DNA of 64,000 bases from Mobula birostris. Its lineage: Eukaryota. The stretch spans positions 34,742,961 to 34,806,960 of the forward strand of contig NC_092383.1 of assembly GCF_030028105.1 (NCBI RefSeq). Reading direction: 5' to 3'. The notes below the pieces were generated by a model. It ran no database searches, was not told the origin of the DNA, and was given only the letters and a program-made list of their open reading frames with translations. How positions within the stretch are numbered: position 1 is the first letter of the stretch; the number at the start of each line of letters is the position of its first letter. The position numbers and the translations under genes were made by a program. Below are positions 11,457-24,115 of this stretch, one piece after another.

Positions 11457-13740
11457 ACCCCGTGGACCTGGAAAAGTCCAGGTGATAACACTAGAAATCA
11501 AATTGACTTTATTACTGTAAACAAAGATTTAGAAACTCAGTGACTTAATGCAAAACATATCCAGGTGCAGACTGTAATAGTGACAATAACCCAGTAATAT
11601 GTCATGTAAAAGTAAAACTTAAAAAACTAAAGAAGCAAAAATCTGAACAATCCCTTGACTACTTGCAATTAATTAAAGAACAAAACATAAGACAAAACTT
11701 TACGATTGAAGTAAGGAATAGATTTCAAAGTCTAGAAATAGAATCTGTTGCAAAAGATAGCAATCGTGTAGAAATGAAATTTAATTCTTTAAAGAATGCC
11801 TAGGTAGAATCAGCAAAGTCAGTGATTCCTAAAAAAGGAAAAAGAACATAGAATAAATGGATGACTGATGAAATCAAAAATCTAATGGAAGAAAGGAGAT
11901 GGAAGAAAGCAAATCCTATAGAATATAAATCCTTAGATAAAAAAGTTAAAAGCTTATATCAAAAAACCAAAGAAGAATGGTTAAACCAGGAATGTGAGCA
12001 AATAGAAAGAATCCCTATTACTGATCCAAAAAGGTTACATCAACAAATCAAGAATATCACTGGTAAAAAGCTCCTCTGTTCTTCAGGTGGATGTTTGAAA
12101 GCAAAGGACGGTACCATTATCATGGAAAAAGATGAGATTATGAACAGATGGACTGAGTATATTCAGGAATTGTTTGAAGACGATCGAGGTGAAAAACCAG
12201 AAATTAAGAAAAACATTGAAGGTCCAAGTATTTTAAAATCTGAAGTTTGTAATGCAATAAATAAAATGAAGAAAGGAAAGGCAGCAGGTCCCAATGAATT
12301 AGTAATAGAACAAATTATCGCCCTTGAAGATTATGGAGTTGAAAAACTTACTGATTTAATCAATGACATTTATGAGACTGGAATAATACCAGAAGAGATG
12401 AAAAAATCAGTATTTATCACTCTTCCTAAGAAACCTGGAGCAATAGAATGTGAATTACATAGGACCATAATTTTAATGAGACATATTACCAAGATACTTC
12501 TAAGAATTTTGATGAAAAGAGCTAAAAGTAAGATACAAGCTGAAATAGGCAAAGAACAATGTGGTTTCGTGAAAGACAAAGGTACAAGAAACGCAATATT
12601 GATGTTAAGGATACTATCAGAACGAGCTAGTCAAGTGCAAAGATACTTGTTTGTTTATTTTATCGACTACACAAAAGCACTAAATAAAGTGAAGCACAAT
12701 AAGTTATTTGAAATATTACAGATAACTCTAGATCTAGATTCGAAAGACCTCCGCCTAATCAGAAATCTGTACTGGGAACAAACAGCCGCTGTAAGAATAG
12801 ATGGAAAAGTGAGTCAGTTTACGAAAATCAAGAGAGGTATTATACAAGGGAGTGTTTTCTCCCCTGATTTATTTAATGTGTACAGCGAGACAATATTACA
12901 AAAAATAAGAGACATCTTGGGAACCAAAGTTGGTGGTGAAAACATCAATAATTTCAGATATACAGATGACACTGTGTTAATTGCAAGTACGGAGGAAGAA
13001 CTACAAAACTTAATTGATATGATTGTTGAAGAAAGTGCAAAAATGGCTCTATCCATCAATTACAAAAAGACAGAATGTATGGTGATATCCAAAAAGAAGG
13101 AGAATCCTATCTGCCGGCTGAGAATAAACAGGGAAGACATAAAACAAGTACAGAACTTTTGCTACTTAGAAAGCTGGGTGACATCAGATGGCAGGTGCGA
13201 CTTGGACATTAAAAGAAGAATAGGAATGTCAAAAGACACCTTTATGAGAATGAAGAGTATACTGACCAATACTAAACTAGGCATGACAACCCGCCTCAGA
13301 GTACTGAAATGTTACATTTATCCAGTTATGTTATATGGCTCAGAATGTTGGACAATATCTAGTAACATGAGGAAACGTATTGTAGCAGCAGAGATGTGGT
13401 TTTTGAGGAGGATGCAAAGAATATCATGGACAAAATGAATATCTAACGAGAATGTCATGAACAGAGCAAACACAAAAAGAGAAATAATGTATGAGATCAT
13501 GAAAAGGCAATGTAACTTCATTGGACATGTGATTAGCAAAGAGGAGTTAGAATGCATGGTAATTATGGGAAAGATTGAAGGGAAGAAATTAAGAGGAAGA
13601 CAAAGACAAATTATGACAGAGACAGCAGCCAGAGAACTGGAAATGAATACCAATGAATTGATCCACTTGACCCAAAACAAGAGTGTGTGGTCCATGGCAG
13701 TCAAAGCTCAAACTGGGCATAGTATCTGATGATAATGATG
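11457..13740 (+). mobile_element. RTE-clade LINE, 5'-truncated (APE C-terminus, RT and 3' end)
   Basis: APE end TWKSPGDNTRNQIDF...TYPGADCNSDNNP followed by the RT. The tail is (TGA)n at about 13727-13740. An 11-bp TSD ACTGAAATCTA/ACTGAAACCTA lies at 11446-11456 and 13741-13751. Confidence 0.93.
11861..13729 (+). pseudogene. RTE reverse transcriptase ORF2 remnant (525 codons plus an in-frame continuation after one TGA)
   Basis: Motifs GKAAGPN, EQCGFVKDKGTRNAI, FIDYTKALNKV, RGIIQGSVFSPDLFN, NNFRYTDDTVL, FCYLES and LYGSECWT are present. ORF 13457-13729 is in the same frame after a single stop at 13436-13438. Confidence 0.88.
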
Positions 13741-14679
13741 ACTGAAACCTATGTAGACTCCATTAACTGCTTTGCCCTCATCAATACATTGATTACCTTT
13801 ATTGTGGGTCAAGCCAAAAGTACTAATGTTTGACTCTTACACAATTAGAAAAAACTCCTTACTTTCTGGAGATCCTTGGACAGAGTGCCCGATGACAGAT
13901 CCCTTCTTAGTACACAGTGTGAAGAATAATAACTTTATGGTCATATTCATGTCATTGATGATAGATGATTCATGTAGAGCTGAGTTAAACCATTTCAAAT
14001 TTGTAAAGCTGGAATTATGTGTATTTTTGCACTAAGCCCTCTGAAGTGATCAAGGAATACTTCCCAGCAAAATGGAAGCATTGGTAAGTACACTGAAGCA
14101 AAGGCAAGTAACACCAACACTGAGATTTTGTTCTTCATCTTACTGTATTAATTCTGGTCTTTTACATTAATCACGGCAAAGACTCGTACAAGCAGGCATC
14201 CATCTTGTCAGGTGAGCAGAGAAACTGTGAAGAGCATGGCCATCATTAATGTTCCTGGCAGATAGGGATTCACACTTCATGTAAAGCAATGAGTTCCAAT
14301 CTTGTGTTGTGATTATCCTAGCACTGGTACAACAGCTAAAATCAGACTTCTGTCCATTACCAAGACTTGTTTGTAAATCCAACTCAAACTGCAGCAAAGG
14401 CCCAGCAGCACAATGAACTTTTGAACAAATTTTTTCAGAGGATTATATGGATTAAGACATCCAACAGGAAGGGACTGTGTGATCCAAGATTCACAGCAGA
14501 AATACCTCATATATCTTTGGGCCATCTCACAGCTCTTCGCAGTAATTAAGTACAGTTGAAGTGCACTCACTGGTGTTTTGCAGATACTGCACTCAAAGAG
14601 CCAACAATTTCTACTGAGAAAAAGCAACTAGATTTTTCTGGAGAAATTAATTAATGGAAATAATTGAAAAATTCTATAG

Positions 14680-15290
14680 CTCAGATGATTGATGGTTGGG
14701 TTGAGTCATTCTCCGAATTTGATAATTTACTTGCAAACGTTTCATCACCATACCAGGAGATATCATCAGTGCACTATTAATTGTGGTGTGTTTGTCCTTT
14801 ATATACTTATCAATCAGCTGATTGGTCATCATTTCAGAAGCTCAATTGTAATGTGGGGAGGAAATCTCGTCACTTATTAGATGTGTGGTGAACTTTGTGC
14901 GTTATGGTGTTGAATTTTGCCTGCATTGGCTACAGCTTTGTTTACAGAATTGTTCACAGAAAACTATGCTTCTAGGAATGCTCTTGCATGCCGTGTGTTT
15001 GCTTGCACATGATTGTCACTGATGCCCAGTCGACTTTGTGTCCCTCTCAATCTTCATGGGTAAAGACTATAGAGAGTCAGTCATGACACTTTACAGCCAG
15101 TTGATGTTCATGGACCATTGTAAATAGTTTTCTCCCAGTTTGGCTGATGTAATAGTCCCCACATTGGAATTTGTAGATCACATCGATCTTGTCTTATAGC
15201 TTGGTCCATTCTTTTGGTCTGCAAAGTACTCTCCTCAATGCTGCTGTTGGCTTATGCATGACTGAAATTCTGTGTACTTGGCACAGTTGG
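14680..15290 (-). mobile_element. Decayed Penelope-like element (Poseidon-type) GIY-YIG 3' fragment
   Basis: The minus strand translates (with stops) to HKPTAALRRVL..PK...VIYKFQCGDYYISQTGRKL...HEHQLAV, a GIY-YIG signature. A hammerhead motif lies in its 3' region. Confidence 0.75.
14733..14772 (-). ncRNA. Minimal hammerhead ribozyme motif (Poseidon-type PLE)
   Basis: Minus strand reads GCA-CTGATGA-TATCTCCTGGTATGGTGAT-GAAAC-GTT-TGC, with intact core boxes, stem I GCA/TGC, ACGT palindrome and a GUU triplet. Confidence 0.65.
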
Positions 15291-15299
15291 GCCTATACA

Positions 15300-15766
15300 T
15301 CCACTTACATCGGTACATGCACATTCCCTCATGTACATACATTTCACACATCCACACACATCCACATTCTCACACCCACACCCATACAGGCTCATTATAT
15401 ACTCTCACAATATACACACACATGCACATACACACACATTTATAGACACATATGTAGACACTAATCATAAACAATTAATTATGCATACTCTTGCAAACGC
15501 ACTCTCACTCACAAATAAACACATGCACGCTAATACTCACATACCTATATACTCAATAACATTCATACCCACAGATGTTCATATCCTCAGAAAAATACAC
15601 ATCTTACATATAGTCAAAGTAAAGATGAACGCTGACGCATACACTCTGTCATATATGTTAACGTACAAACACGCACAGTGAATGACACATTGAGAAATAC
15701 ACGCACGCGTGCGCGCACGCGCACACACACACACACACACACACAAATACACACACTTTCACTTAC
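15300..15766. repeat. CA-rich degenerate microsatellite ending in (CG/CA)n
   Basis: Seen directly: a long imperfect CA/TA tract, with ACGCACGCGTGCGCGCACGC(AC)n at about 15701-15745. Confidence 0.9.
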
Positions 15767-15895
15767 ACACTCAGTGGCCACTTTATTAGGTACACCAGTA
15801 CTCCTGCTCATTAGAGAAAATATCTACTCAGCTAATTATGTGGCAACAACTCATTGCACAAAAGCGTACAGACATGGGCAAGAGGTTCAGTTGTT
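15767..15895 (+). mobile_element. Tc1-like DNA transposon terminal fragment
   Basis: TA followed by CACTCAGTGGCCACTTTATTAGGTACACC, which resembles a Tc1-type TIR. No partner end is present in the window. Confidence 0.55.
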
Positions 15896-16935
15896 GGTGT
15901 ACTTGGAGACACACAATAAAAAAGGGCAAAGTCAGCAGAGGGGGAATCTTGTCTCACACATCTGTTGGAATTCTTTGAGGAAAATACAGTCAGGAGAGTC
16001 AAAAGAGAGTCAGTTGATGTTGCTTACTTGGATTTTCAGAAGACCCTCGATAAGGTGCCACAGATGATGATGCTCAACAAAGTAAGAGCCCATGGTATTA
16101 CACAAAGGATAGAAAATTGGCTGACAGGCGGGAGGCAAAGAGTGGGGATAAAGGGGACCTTTTCTGGTTGACTGCCGGTGAGAAGTGGTGCTCCGCAGGA
16201 GTCAGTGGTGGAACTGGTTCTTTTCATGTCATGTGCCAATGATATAGATTACTGAATTGATGGCTTTGAGACCAAGTTTGCAGATGATATGAAGGTAAGT
16301 GGAGGGGCAGGTGGTTTTGAGGAAGGAGGGTGCCTGCAGAAGGACTTAGACGGATTAGGAGAATGGGCAAAGAGGTGCCAGATGAGTCGGGAAGTGTATG
16401 GTCATGCACTTTGGCTGAAGGAATAAAGGCAGAGACCATTATCTAAATAGGGAGAAAATTAAGAAAAATTGGAGGTGCAAAGGTATTTGGGACACCTTGT
16501 GCAGTATTCTCTAAAGGTTAGCTTCCAAGTTGAGCCAATGGTAAGGAAGGCAAATGCAACGTTACCATCCATTTTGAGTGGACTAGAATATAAGAGCAAG
16601 GATGTCATGCTGGGGCTTTATAAGACATTGTTCAGACCACACGGAGTATTGCAAGCAATTTTGGGCCCCTTATCTCAGAAAAGATGTGCTGGCATTGGAG
16701 AGGCTTCAAAAGAAGGTGATGAGAATGATTCTGGAAATGAAAGGATTAACAAATTAGAAGTGTTTGATGCCTCTGGGTCTGTACTCACTGAGTTTAAAAG
16801 AATAAGGGATATCTCTTTGAAACCTGTCGAATACTGAAAGGCCCGGATAGAGCGGATGTTGAGAGGATGTTTCCTATAGTGAGTGAGTCCAGGACTGGAG
16901 GGCACAGCCTCAGAATAGAGGGACATCCTTTTCTG
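15895..16935 (+). mobile_element. CR1 LINE RT fragment
   Basis: ORFs 15965-16171 (VDVAYLDFQKTLDKVP...WLTGGRQRVGIKG) and 16469-16837 (VRKANATL..I.SGLEYKSKDVMLGLYKTLFRPH). Confidence 0.88.
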
Positions 16936-18099
16936 TCCTGTCGCATTCTTCCTCCAAACTTGCATAAAAGAACCTGGGATGATACCACTATGAGATGTTG
17001 ACAGCCACCTCTGGTTGGGATAAGCTTCTGCTGCAGGACAAAATCTCACCTAACATTTCAGTGAAGTACAGCAGCCGTGGGGACAGACAGATGGTGGGCC
17101 AGTGACTCAGTTCGAGATTAGACCATCATAGTCTTCCATGTGTACCTGGGGTGAGAGAAGGGCTGGAGGATACACGTCCAGCTGTAGGAGTGGTGGCGTG
17201 GTTAATTGGGTGGGGAATTCGTGGAGGAGAGGAGCTGGTGTTTAAGGCCTCGATCAGTCAGGAAGAACCTCAGTGGCTGGCTGTGGGCATCGGTGCAATA
17301 CTAGGCGAAGGAGCTAATCGATTAAACGTCGTTGGGGCTCAATAACAGTTTCCTCAATCTGAAACAAGACACACAAAATGCTGCAGGTACTCAGCAAGTT
17401 AGGCAGCATTTATGGATGCCTGACACTGGGTTATTGCAGCACTTTGTGTACATTGCTCAAGATTTCTAGAATTTGCAGAATCTCTCTTGTCTCAATCTCA
17501 AACCAGTTTTACTGGGAGTGGATGATCCAACTCGATGAGCTGTGACTCGGTCTGCAGCATATTTTGTTGAAAATTTCCAATTACCTACCACAGGAAACTC
17601 CATTGTAGAATCCAAATACATTTGTTTTGCTGTGTGCAGAGCCTGGTAACGAGATGCAGCAATCAAACAAAGATATGTTTTTGGCTCTAACGTTCTGCCT
17701 GAAGCCATTGCTAGTAGATATTAAGTTATCCTATCCCAAGTGATCTGATCAATCACACACATTACAATGACCCTGATTCACTTTCCACTAACAGCAACAG
17801 AATGTGAAACTGGAGAAGAATGAAACTCAATTTTCTCCCACTTTGACAAGGTTACCTTCTGGAGACAACACTCATTGCAATCGCAGCCCAAAACATGCTT
17901 GATAGCAGTTACCACACTAAAAGTTTCTGTATCCTTGAAAGAGTTATCTGGGTATCATTTTTCAAGTACTTGAGGAGTCATGTTGTGGACAAAAGGAGAG
18001 GGTTGAGTTTGATGGAGTTGTAAATAGAACCATTGTTCAATTCCATTCACAGTGGTCAGTGAATTAAGGTGTCCATGCTGGTATGTAGCAAGAGCCTAA

Positions 18100-18560
18100 C
18101 TATATTCACATACAGCCTAATACTGAGCAAGTAACATTCCCGGCTCCAAAGCACCAGCCAATCATCATCCCTCACAAGAGAGAACTTAACCACATATCCT
18201 TCACCTCAATGATGGGTACAGTGGCTGAGTTCCTTATCAATTCATTATTAACTAGAACCTCAAATGAACCAACAATGTTATGGCTCCAAGAGCCACGTAT
18301 CTAATGGGAAGAGATTCAAGTGCTGACCTTCCTGCAATCTACCTGCGAGAAGTAAATGGGTGAGTGTGACCTCAACAATATTCAAAAAGTTCAACATTAT
18401 TGAGGACAAAGCACACCATTGAGTGCCCTCAACCTTCATGCCCACCACCCTCACTGCAAGTGACAGCAATATGCCCTGCAAAATACTGTACACTGGATTT
18501 ACTTAACTAGGCTACTCTGATATCGCTTCCTGTACCTGTGAAGGGTAAGGGCAGTAATGT
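18100..18560 (+). mobile_element. Ancient CR1/L2-group LINE fragment
   Basis: Degenerate GTAACATTC...ACAAGAGAGAA...AACCA...TGGCTCCAAGAGC...GGACAAAGCA motifs shared with 31800-32420. Confidence 0.5.
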
Positions 18561-19231
18561 GGGAAAAGGTGATGCTGATCAATCTCAAAGGAAGACAAGA
18601 GAACATGATTATTTCAGTGGAGAAACGCTGCAGAAAGCAGCAAGACAAAAAGATTTGGATGTACTTGAGAAAGTTCACAATCATGCAGCAGCTTATAGGA
18701 AAAGCTATTGAAATACTGACTGGAACTTGAAGAGGACTGGAGTATAAACATAACATTAGTAGTAACACATCTTGACATAAAGTGGATAATGTTAGACCAC
18801 TATTTAAGAAAACATATTATTTCATTGGAGACAGTTCAGAAGAGGTTAACCGAGGAGGATTCTGAATTGGGATAGGTTGTTACTCTTACTAGGGAGAAGG
18901 TTCTTGTGAAACTGAAATGTCTGAAGGTAGATCAGTCACCTGGACCAGGTGATGTACAGCCCAGGGTTCTGAAAAAGGTGGCTGAAGAGATTGTGGAGGC
19001 ATCTTTCAAGAATCATGAGATGGTTCTGGAAGAATGGGAAATTGTAAATTTCTCTCCACTCTTCAAGAAAGGAGAGAGGCAGAAGAAAGGAAACTATAGG
19101 ACATTAAGTCTGGCCTCTGCAGTTGGGAAGATGTTGGCGTCAATTATTATGTCACATGATAAAATTGGGCACAGTCAGAATGGTTTCCTCAAGGGAATAT
19201 CTTATCTGACAAATCCATTGGAAAGCTTTGA

Positions 19232-20259
19232 TGTCATAAGGCGGCGGCTGGGAACGGACCCAAGTGCAAGACACAGACACTGAAGTACTAGGGACAGGAC
19301 TAGGATTCAGGTTGATGGCAAGGACACGGACAGGAAAACGAGGAACCTGGAACAAGACTGGGCAAAAGAGCTAGGAGCCCAGACTTGGACTCCAAGCCAG
19401 AGACTGGACAAGGACCCAATACCTGGGTCTTGCCTTTGGCTCGGACCACAGAACTAGGCAAGGACGAAGCTTGGCAGGCAGGCAGGAAGAGGCTGGAATC
19501 TTCAGGCTTGAGGCTAGAGTCTGGAGACTTGGCTTGGCAGAAGGCAGGAGACTGGAGTCTTCAGGCTTGAGGCTAGAGGCTAGAGACTTGGCTTGGCAGG
19601 AGGCAGGAGGCTGGAGTCTTCAGGCTAGAGGCTAGGTAGGAGGCTGGAGTCTTCAGGCTCGAGGCTAGGCAAGAGACGAGCTGAGGCTTGGCAGGAGGCT
19701 GGAGGCTGGAGACTTGAGGCGAGGCTGGAGGCTGGAGGCTGGAGACTTGAGATGAGGCTGGAGGCTGGAGGCTGGAGACGAGACAAGGCTGGAGGCTGGA
19801 GACTTGAGGCAAGGCTGGAAGCTGGAGGCTGGAGACTGGAGACAAGGCTGGAGGCTGGAGGCTGAGACGAGGCGAGGCTGGAGACTGGAGGCTGGAGACT
19901 TGAGGTGAGGCTGGAGGCTGGAGGCTGGAGACTTGAGGCAAGGCTGGAGGCTGGAGGCTGAGACGAGGTGAGGCTGGAGACTGGAGGCTGGAGACTTGAG
20001 GTGAGGCTGGAGGCTGGAGGCTGGAGATGAGGCAAGGCTGGAGGCTGGAGGCTGGAGGCTGGAGACGAGACAAGGCTGGAGGCTGGAGGCGATGCTGGAG
20101 GCTGGAGACTTGAGGTGAGGCAAGGCTGGAGGCTGGAGACTTGAGGTGAGGCAAGGCTGGAGGCTGGAGACTGGAGGCGAGGTGAGGCTGGAGGCTGCAG
20201 GCTTGAGGCGAGGCGAGGCTGGATGCTGGAGACTTGAGGTGAGGCGAGGCTGGAGGCTG
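19232..20259 (-). mobile_element. Truncated solo-LTR (minisatellite-core family), copy 1
   Basis: Starts TGTCATAAG...GGGAACGGACCCAAGTGCAAGACACAGACACTGAAGTAC, matching the LTR at 24668. The other end has been lost. Confidence 0.8.
19485..20259. repeat. Compound minisatellite built from GGAGGCT/GGAGACT heptamers and GAGGC pentamers
   Basis: Seen directly. It produces the low-complexity SSLQPPA ORFs on the minus strand. Confidence 0.95.
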
Positions 20260-21639
20260 GGAATAAAGGGAACCTTTTCTGGTTGGCTGCCAGTGACTTG
20301 TGGTGTTCTACAGGGGTCTGTGTTGGGACCAATTCTTTTTACGTTATATGTCAATGATTTGGATGATGGAATTGATGGCTTTGTTGCAAAGTTTGCAGAC
20401 AATATGAAGATAGGTGTAGGGGCAGCTAGTTTTGAGGAAGCAGAGAGGCTATGGATGGACTTAGACAGATTTGAAGAAAGGCCAAAGAAATGGCAGATGG
20501 AATACAGTGTTGGGAAGTGTATGGTTATGCACTTTGGTAGAAGTAATGAAATGATAGTCCATTTTCTAATTGGAGATAAAATACAAAAATGGAAGCACAA
20601 AGGGACTTGGAAGTCCTTGTACAGGATTGTAAAGGTTAATTTGTACGTTCAGTCTGTGGTGAGGAAGGCAAATGCAATGTTTGCATTCATTTCAAGGGGA
20701 CTAGAATATAAAAACAAGGATGTAATGTTGAAACTTTATAAAGCACTGGTGAGGCCTCACGTGGAGTATTATGAGCAGTCTTGGGCCCCTTATCTGAGAA
20801 AGGATGTGTTGAAACTAGACAGGGTTCAAAGGAGGATCATGAAAATGATTCTAATGGATGATTTGAATGGCTTGACATAAAAAGAGCATTTGATGGCTCT
20901 GCGACTGTATTTTCTAGAATTCAGAAGAATAAGGAGTGACCTAATTGAAACTTATCAATGGTGAAAGGCCTTCATAGAGTGGATGTGGAGTGGCTGTTTC
21001 CTATGGTGGGTGAGTCTAAGACCAGAGGGACAGCCTCAGAATAGAGGGGTGTGCTTTTAGAAGGAAAATGAGGAGGAATATCTTTAGCCAGAGAATGAAG
21101 AATCTGTGGAATTCTTCACCACAAGCAGCTGTGGAGGCTAGCTCTTTTTGTATATTTAAAGCAGAGGTTGATAGATTCTTTATTGTCAGGGCATGAAGGA
21201 ATAGGGGGAGAAGGTAGGAGATTGGGGCTGAGAGAAAATTCAATCAGCCATGGTGAAATGGCACAGCAGACTCAATGGGCCAAATGGTCTAATTCTGCTC
21301 CTGTACTTTATGGTCTTATGGAGAAACAGACTGGGATTCCAAACATTGACATTTAGAAGAAGTTTAAGTGTCTTTGGATCTCCTTGACCAAGAAAGCTAT
21401 GGGGACAAATTTTTGGACACATTTAAGGTAGAGGTAGATAAATTTCCAATCAGTAAGGGAATTACAGGGAAAAAGCAGGACCCAGAATACGAGTAATATC
21501 AGGTCAGCCATGATCTTATTGAATGACAGGTTGCAATAAGGAAATATGATCGCACGACCAACAGCATAACCACTTGCTGGCAAAGACATTAGAAGTCAGG
21601 CAAGGGATTCAAGAGGGACATGAAGAAAAGACGCCAAAA

Positions 21640-22268
21640 AAATGTCCATGGTTACATAGCAGTCAGTGCAACGCTATTGCAGCTTGGGATGTCAGAATTC
21701 AGAGTTCAACCCCGCCTCCTCTGGAAGGAGTTTGTATGTTCTCCCCATGGAATGTATGGGTTTTCTCCAGTTTCCTCCCACACTTCAAAGGTGTATGGGT
21801 TAGTAGGTTAATTGGTCATTGTAAATTGTCCCGTAATTAGGTTAGGGTTAAATCGAGGGTTGTCAGGGGTTGCTGGGTGGCTCAGCTCGAAAGGTCGACA
21901 TAGCCTTGGTGGCATCTATTAGACTTGCGAGACCATGGATCTGCGCCTGGAAAGTCTTCAGTCTCCAGGGCACAGGCCTGGGCAAGGTTGTATGGGAGAC
22001 TAGCAGTTGCCCATGCTGCAAGTCTCCCCTCTCCATGACACTGATGTTGTCCAAGGGAAGGGCATTAGGACCCATACAGCTTGGCACCAGTGTCGCCGCA
22101 GAGCACTGTGTGATTAAGTGCCTTGCTCAAGGACACAACACGTTGCCTTGGCTGGGGCTCGAACTCATGACCTTCAGATCGCTAGTCGAACGCCTTAACC
22201 ACTTGGTCATGTGGCCATGGAATACACATAGCCTATTCCATGCTGTATCTCTAAATAAATAAATAAAT
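21640..22268 (+). mobile_element. V-SINE, interrupted by a CORE-type SINE
   Basis: V-domain GGAGTTTGTATGTTCTCCCC...TTTCCTCCCACAC...GGTTAATTGGTCATTGTAAATTGTCCC and a (TAAA)n tail at about 22252-22268. Confidence 0.8.
21907..22225 (-). mobile_element. tRNA-derived CORE-type SINE, copy A
   Basis: Minus strand has an A box (TGACCAAGTGG), a B box (GAGTTCGAGCC) and CORE-like TGTGTCCTTGAGCAAGGCACTTAATC. A 9-bp TSD ACATAGCCT lies at 21898-21906 and 22226-22234. Confidence 0.88.
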
Positions 22269-23194
22269 GGTATCCTTGAACATAGTTGAGGTAAGATGGA
22301 TGGATTGTTGGATGAACAAGGGACTGGCAGATTGCTGGAGGTAGATGGCACTGAATAGTAGAGATCGCAAAGAAATCAGCCATGTAATTACTCAGTGATA
22401 GAACAGGACAGACGGGCCAAGTTTGGTATGTGTATAGATGGCCTTCTTCCAATGGTGAGCAAATTCATTATTGTGGTAGACAAGTCTCCACTTTTCTGCT
22501 GGAAAGTGCTGGGCAGAAAATGTCAGCAGGTCCTGACAAACCATAGGACTTCCTGTTGCTTGTAAGGACTGACATTAACCTTTACAGAGAGATGTGTGTG
22601 GTAGATATTTGATCATGATCCTGTAAGCAATGGTGAGCATTGTGCTAAGCAGAAAACTACTATCCCTCCAGACCTTTCATTGCCATCCATCACATCAAAA
22701 GCCTTCTTTTTTTTAATGGGTTATTTCTGGTTTCTTTGTTTTGTGGCTACCTGTAAGGATAGGAATGATAGTAAATGTGCTTTAAATATTGTCAATGGGC
22801 AAGCCACGTTTGTTGGGATTCAATTTGAAGGCACAACCCTCCTGGCAAAAGTATAGCATCTCAGAACCATTGCTGGTTCGAATTCTTGTTGCTTGTCTTT
22901 GACTCGTATTTCATGACAGTAGGCTGAAGATTCCAACGTTTCTAATGAATTAGTATTTTCTAGTAATTAAAGTACATTTAGACCAATAAAATTGTTTCAT
23001 TCTTAAACTGAACAAAAATGACATTGTATAACACAGAACCTTCCTTGCCATGCAAAGTACTTAACCACCCATAGGTAATTCTCATCTCGAATGAGATTCC
23101 CCAGGGGTAAATTTTGGGAGGGTCATTAGCTGAAGTCTGTGGTGATCATGGGTCACCTTAAAGATGGCAACACAAGTTTCCATAGGCTGTCTCT

Positions 23195-24115
23195 CAGCTT
23201 TGTGGCCAAGTTTCGGGATGATGCAAAGATAAGTGGAGGGGCAGTTAATATTCAGAAAAGCAGGGATCCTGCAGAACAGGCTAGGAAAAAGGGCAAAGAT
23301 GTGGCAGATGGAATACAGCATCAAGAAGTGCATGGTCACGCATGCTAATAAAAGGAATCATGGTTTTAAATGAGGAATGAATTCAGAAATTAGAGGTGCC
23401 AAGGGTCTTGGGAGTCCTAGAGCAAGATTCCCTAAAGGTTAACCTGAGGGTTGAATCAATAGTAAGGAAGGCAATTGCAATGTTAGCATTCATTTTAAGA
23501 GAACTAGAACATAAAAGCAAGATGTAATGCTGAGACTTCGTTAGGCATAGTCACACCACATATGGAGAATTTTGAACAGTTTTGTGCCCCATATCTAAGA
23601 AAGAATGTGCTGGCATTAGAGAAGGTGCAGAGGATGTTCACAAGAATGATATTGGGAATGAAAGGGTTAACATATTAGGAGCATTGGATGGCTCTGGACT
23701 TGTACTCACTGAAGCTTAAAGAAGAGAGGGGAATCTCATTGAAACCTATTGAACGCTGAAAGGCCTAGACAGAGTGCGTGTGCTGAGAATGTCTCCAGTA
23801 ATGGGAGAGTCTAGCACCAGAGGGCACGGTCTCAGAATGGAAGGACGAATCTTTAGAACAGAGATAATGAAGAATTTCTTTAGCCAAAGGGCAGTGAATC
23901 TGTGGAACTCAATTCCACAGACGGCTGTGGAGGCCAAATCATTGGGTATATTTAAAGCGGAGATTGATATGTTCTTAACTATAAGGCCATCAAAGGTTAC
24001 AGGGAGAAGGCAGGAGAATTGGGTTGAGAAGGATAATAAGTCAGCCATGATGGAATGGCGGAGCAGACTCAATGGCTGAACAGTCTATTACAGCTCCTAT
24101 GTCTAATGGTCTAAT
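23195..24115 (+). mobile_element. CR1 LINE 3' fragment
   Basis: FVAKFRDDAKISG, and ORF 23774-24079 (TRGHGLRMEGRIFRTEIMKNFFSQRAVNLWNSIP). The tail is TGTCTAATGGTCTAAT. Confidence 0.88.

Larger units (their letters stand above)
10450..13800 (-). mobile_element. Decayed CR1 LINE, host of the RTE insertion
   Basis: ORFs 10662-10910 (LALEKVQRRFTKMLPGMK..YEERLDK) and 10915-11235 (ISKFVDDMK...WKIKFNLNKHKVMHF). The sequence resumes at 13741 in the antisense VYxDFSK region. Confidence 0.8.
18885..21320 (+). mobile_element. CR1 LINE (RT to 3' end), interrupted by an LTR fragment and a deletion
   Basis: ORF 18906-19283 (LKVDQSPGPGDVQPRVLK...PLFKKG..KGNYR) and the CR1 part of 20146-20880 (GVLQGSVLGPILFTLYVNDLD...KFADNMK...LYKALVRPHVEY). 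The tail is TTATGGTCTTATGG. Confidence 0.92.

Noticed and set aside
14036-14637. Small exon candidates (+ strand ending ...ATGGAAGCATTG/gtaagt near 14083; - strand 14571-14637)
   Set aside because: The splice signals are plausible, but the frames are too short and unrecognised and the strands conflict, so they cannot be supported without RNA data.
15189-15811. His/Thr-rich ORFs
   Set aside because: They are translations of the CA-rich microsatellite.
19573-20600. Long Ser/Pro/Leu/Gln-rich ORFs (193-311 aa) on the minus strand
   Set aside because: They are open in all three frames only because the GGAGGCT minisatellite lacks stops on that strand, and they extend into antisense CR1.
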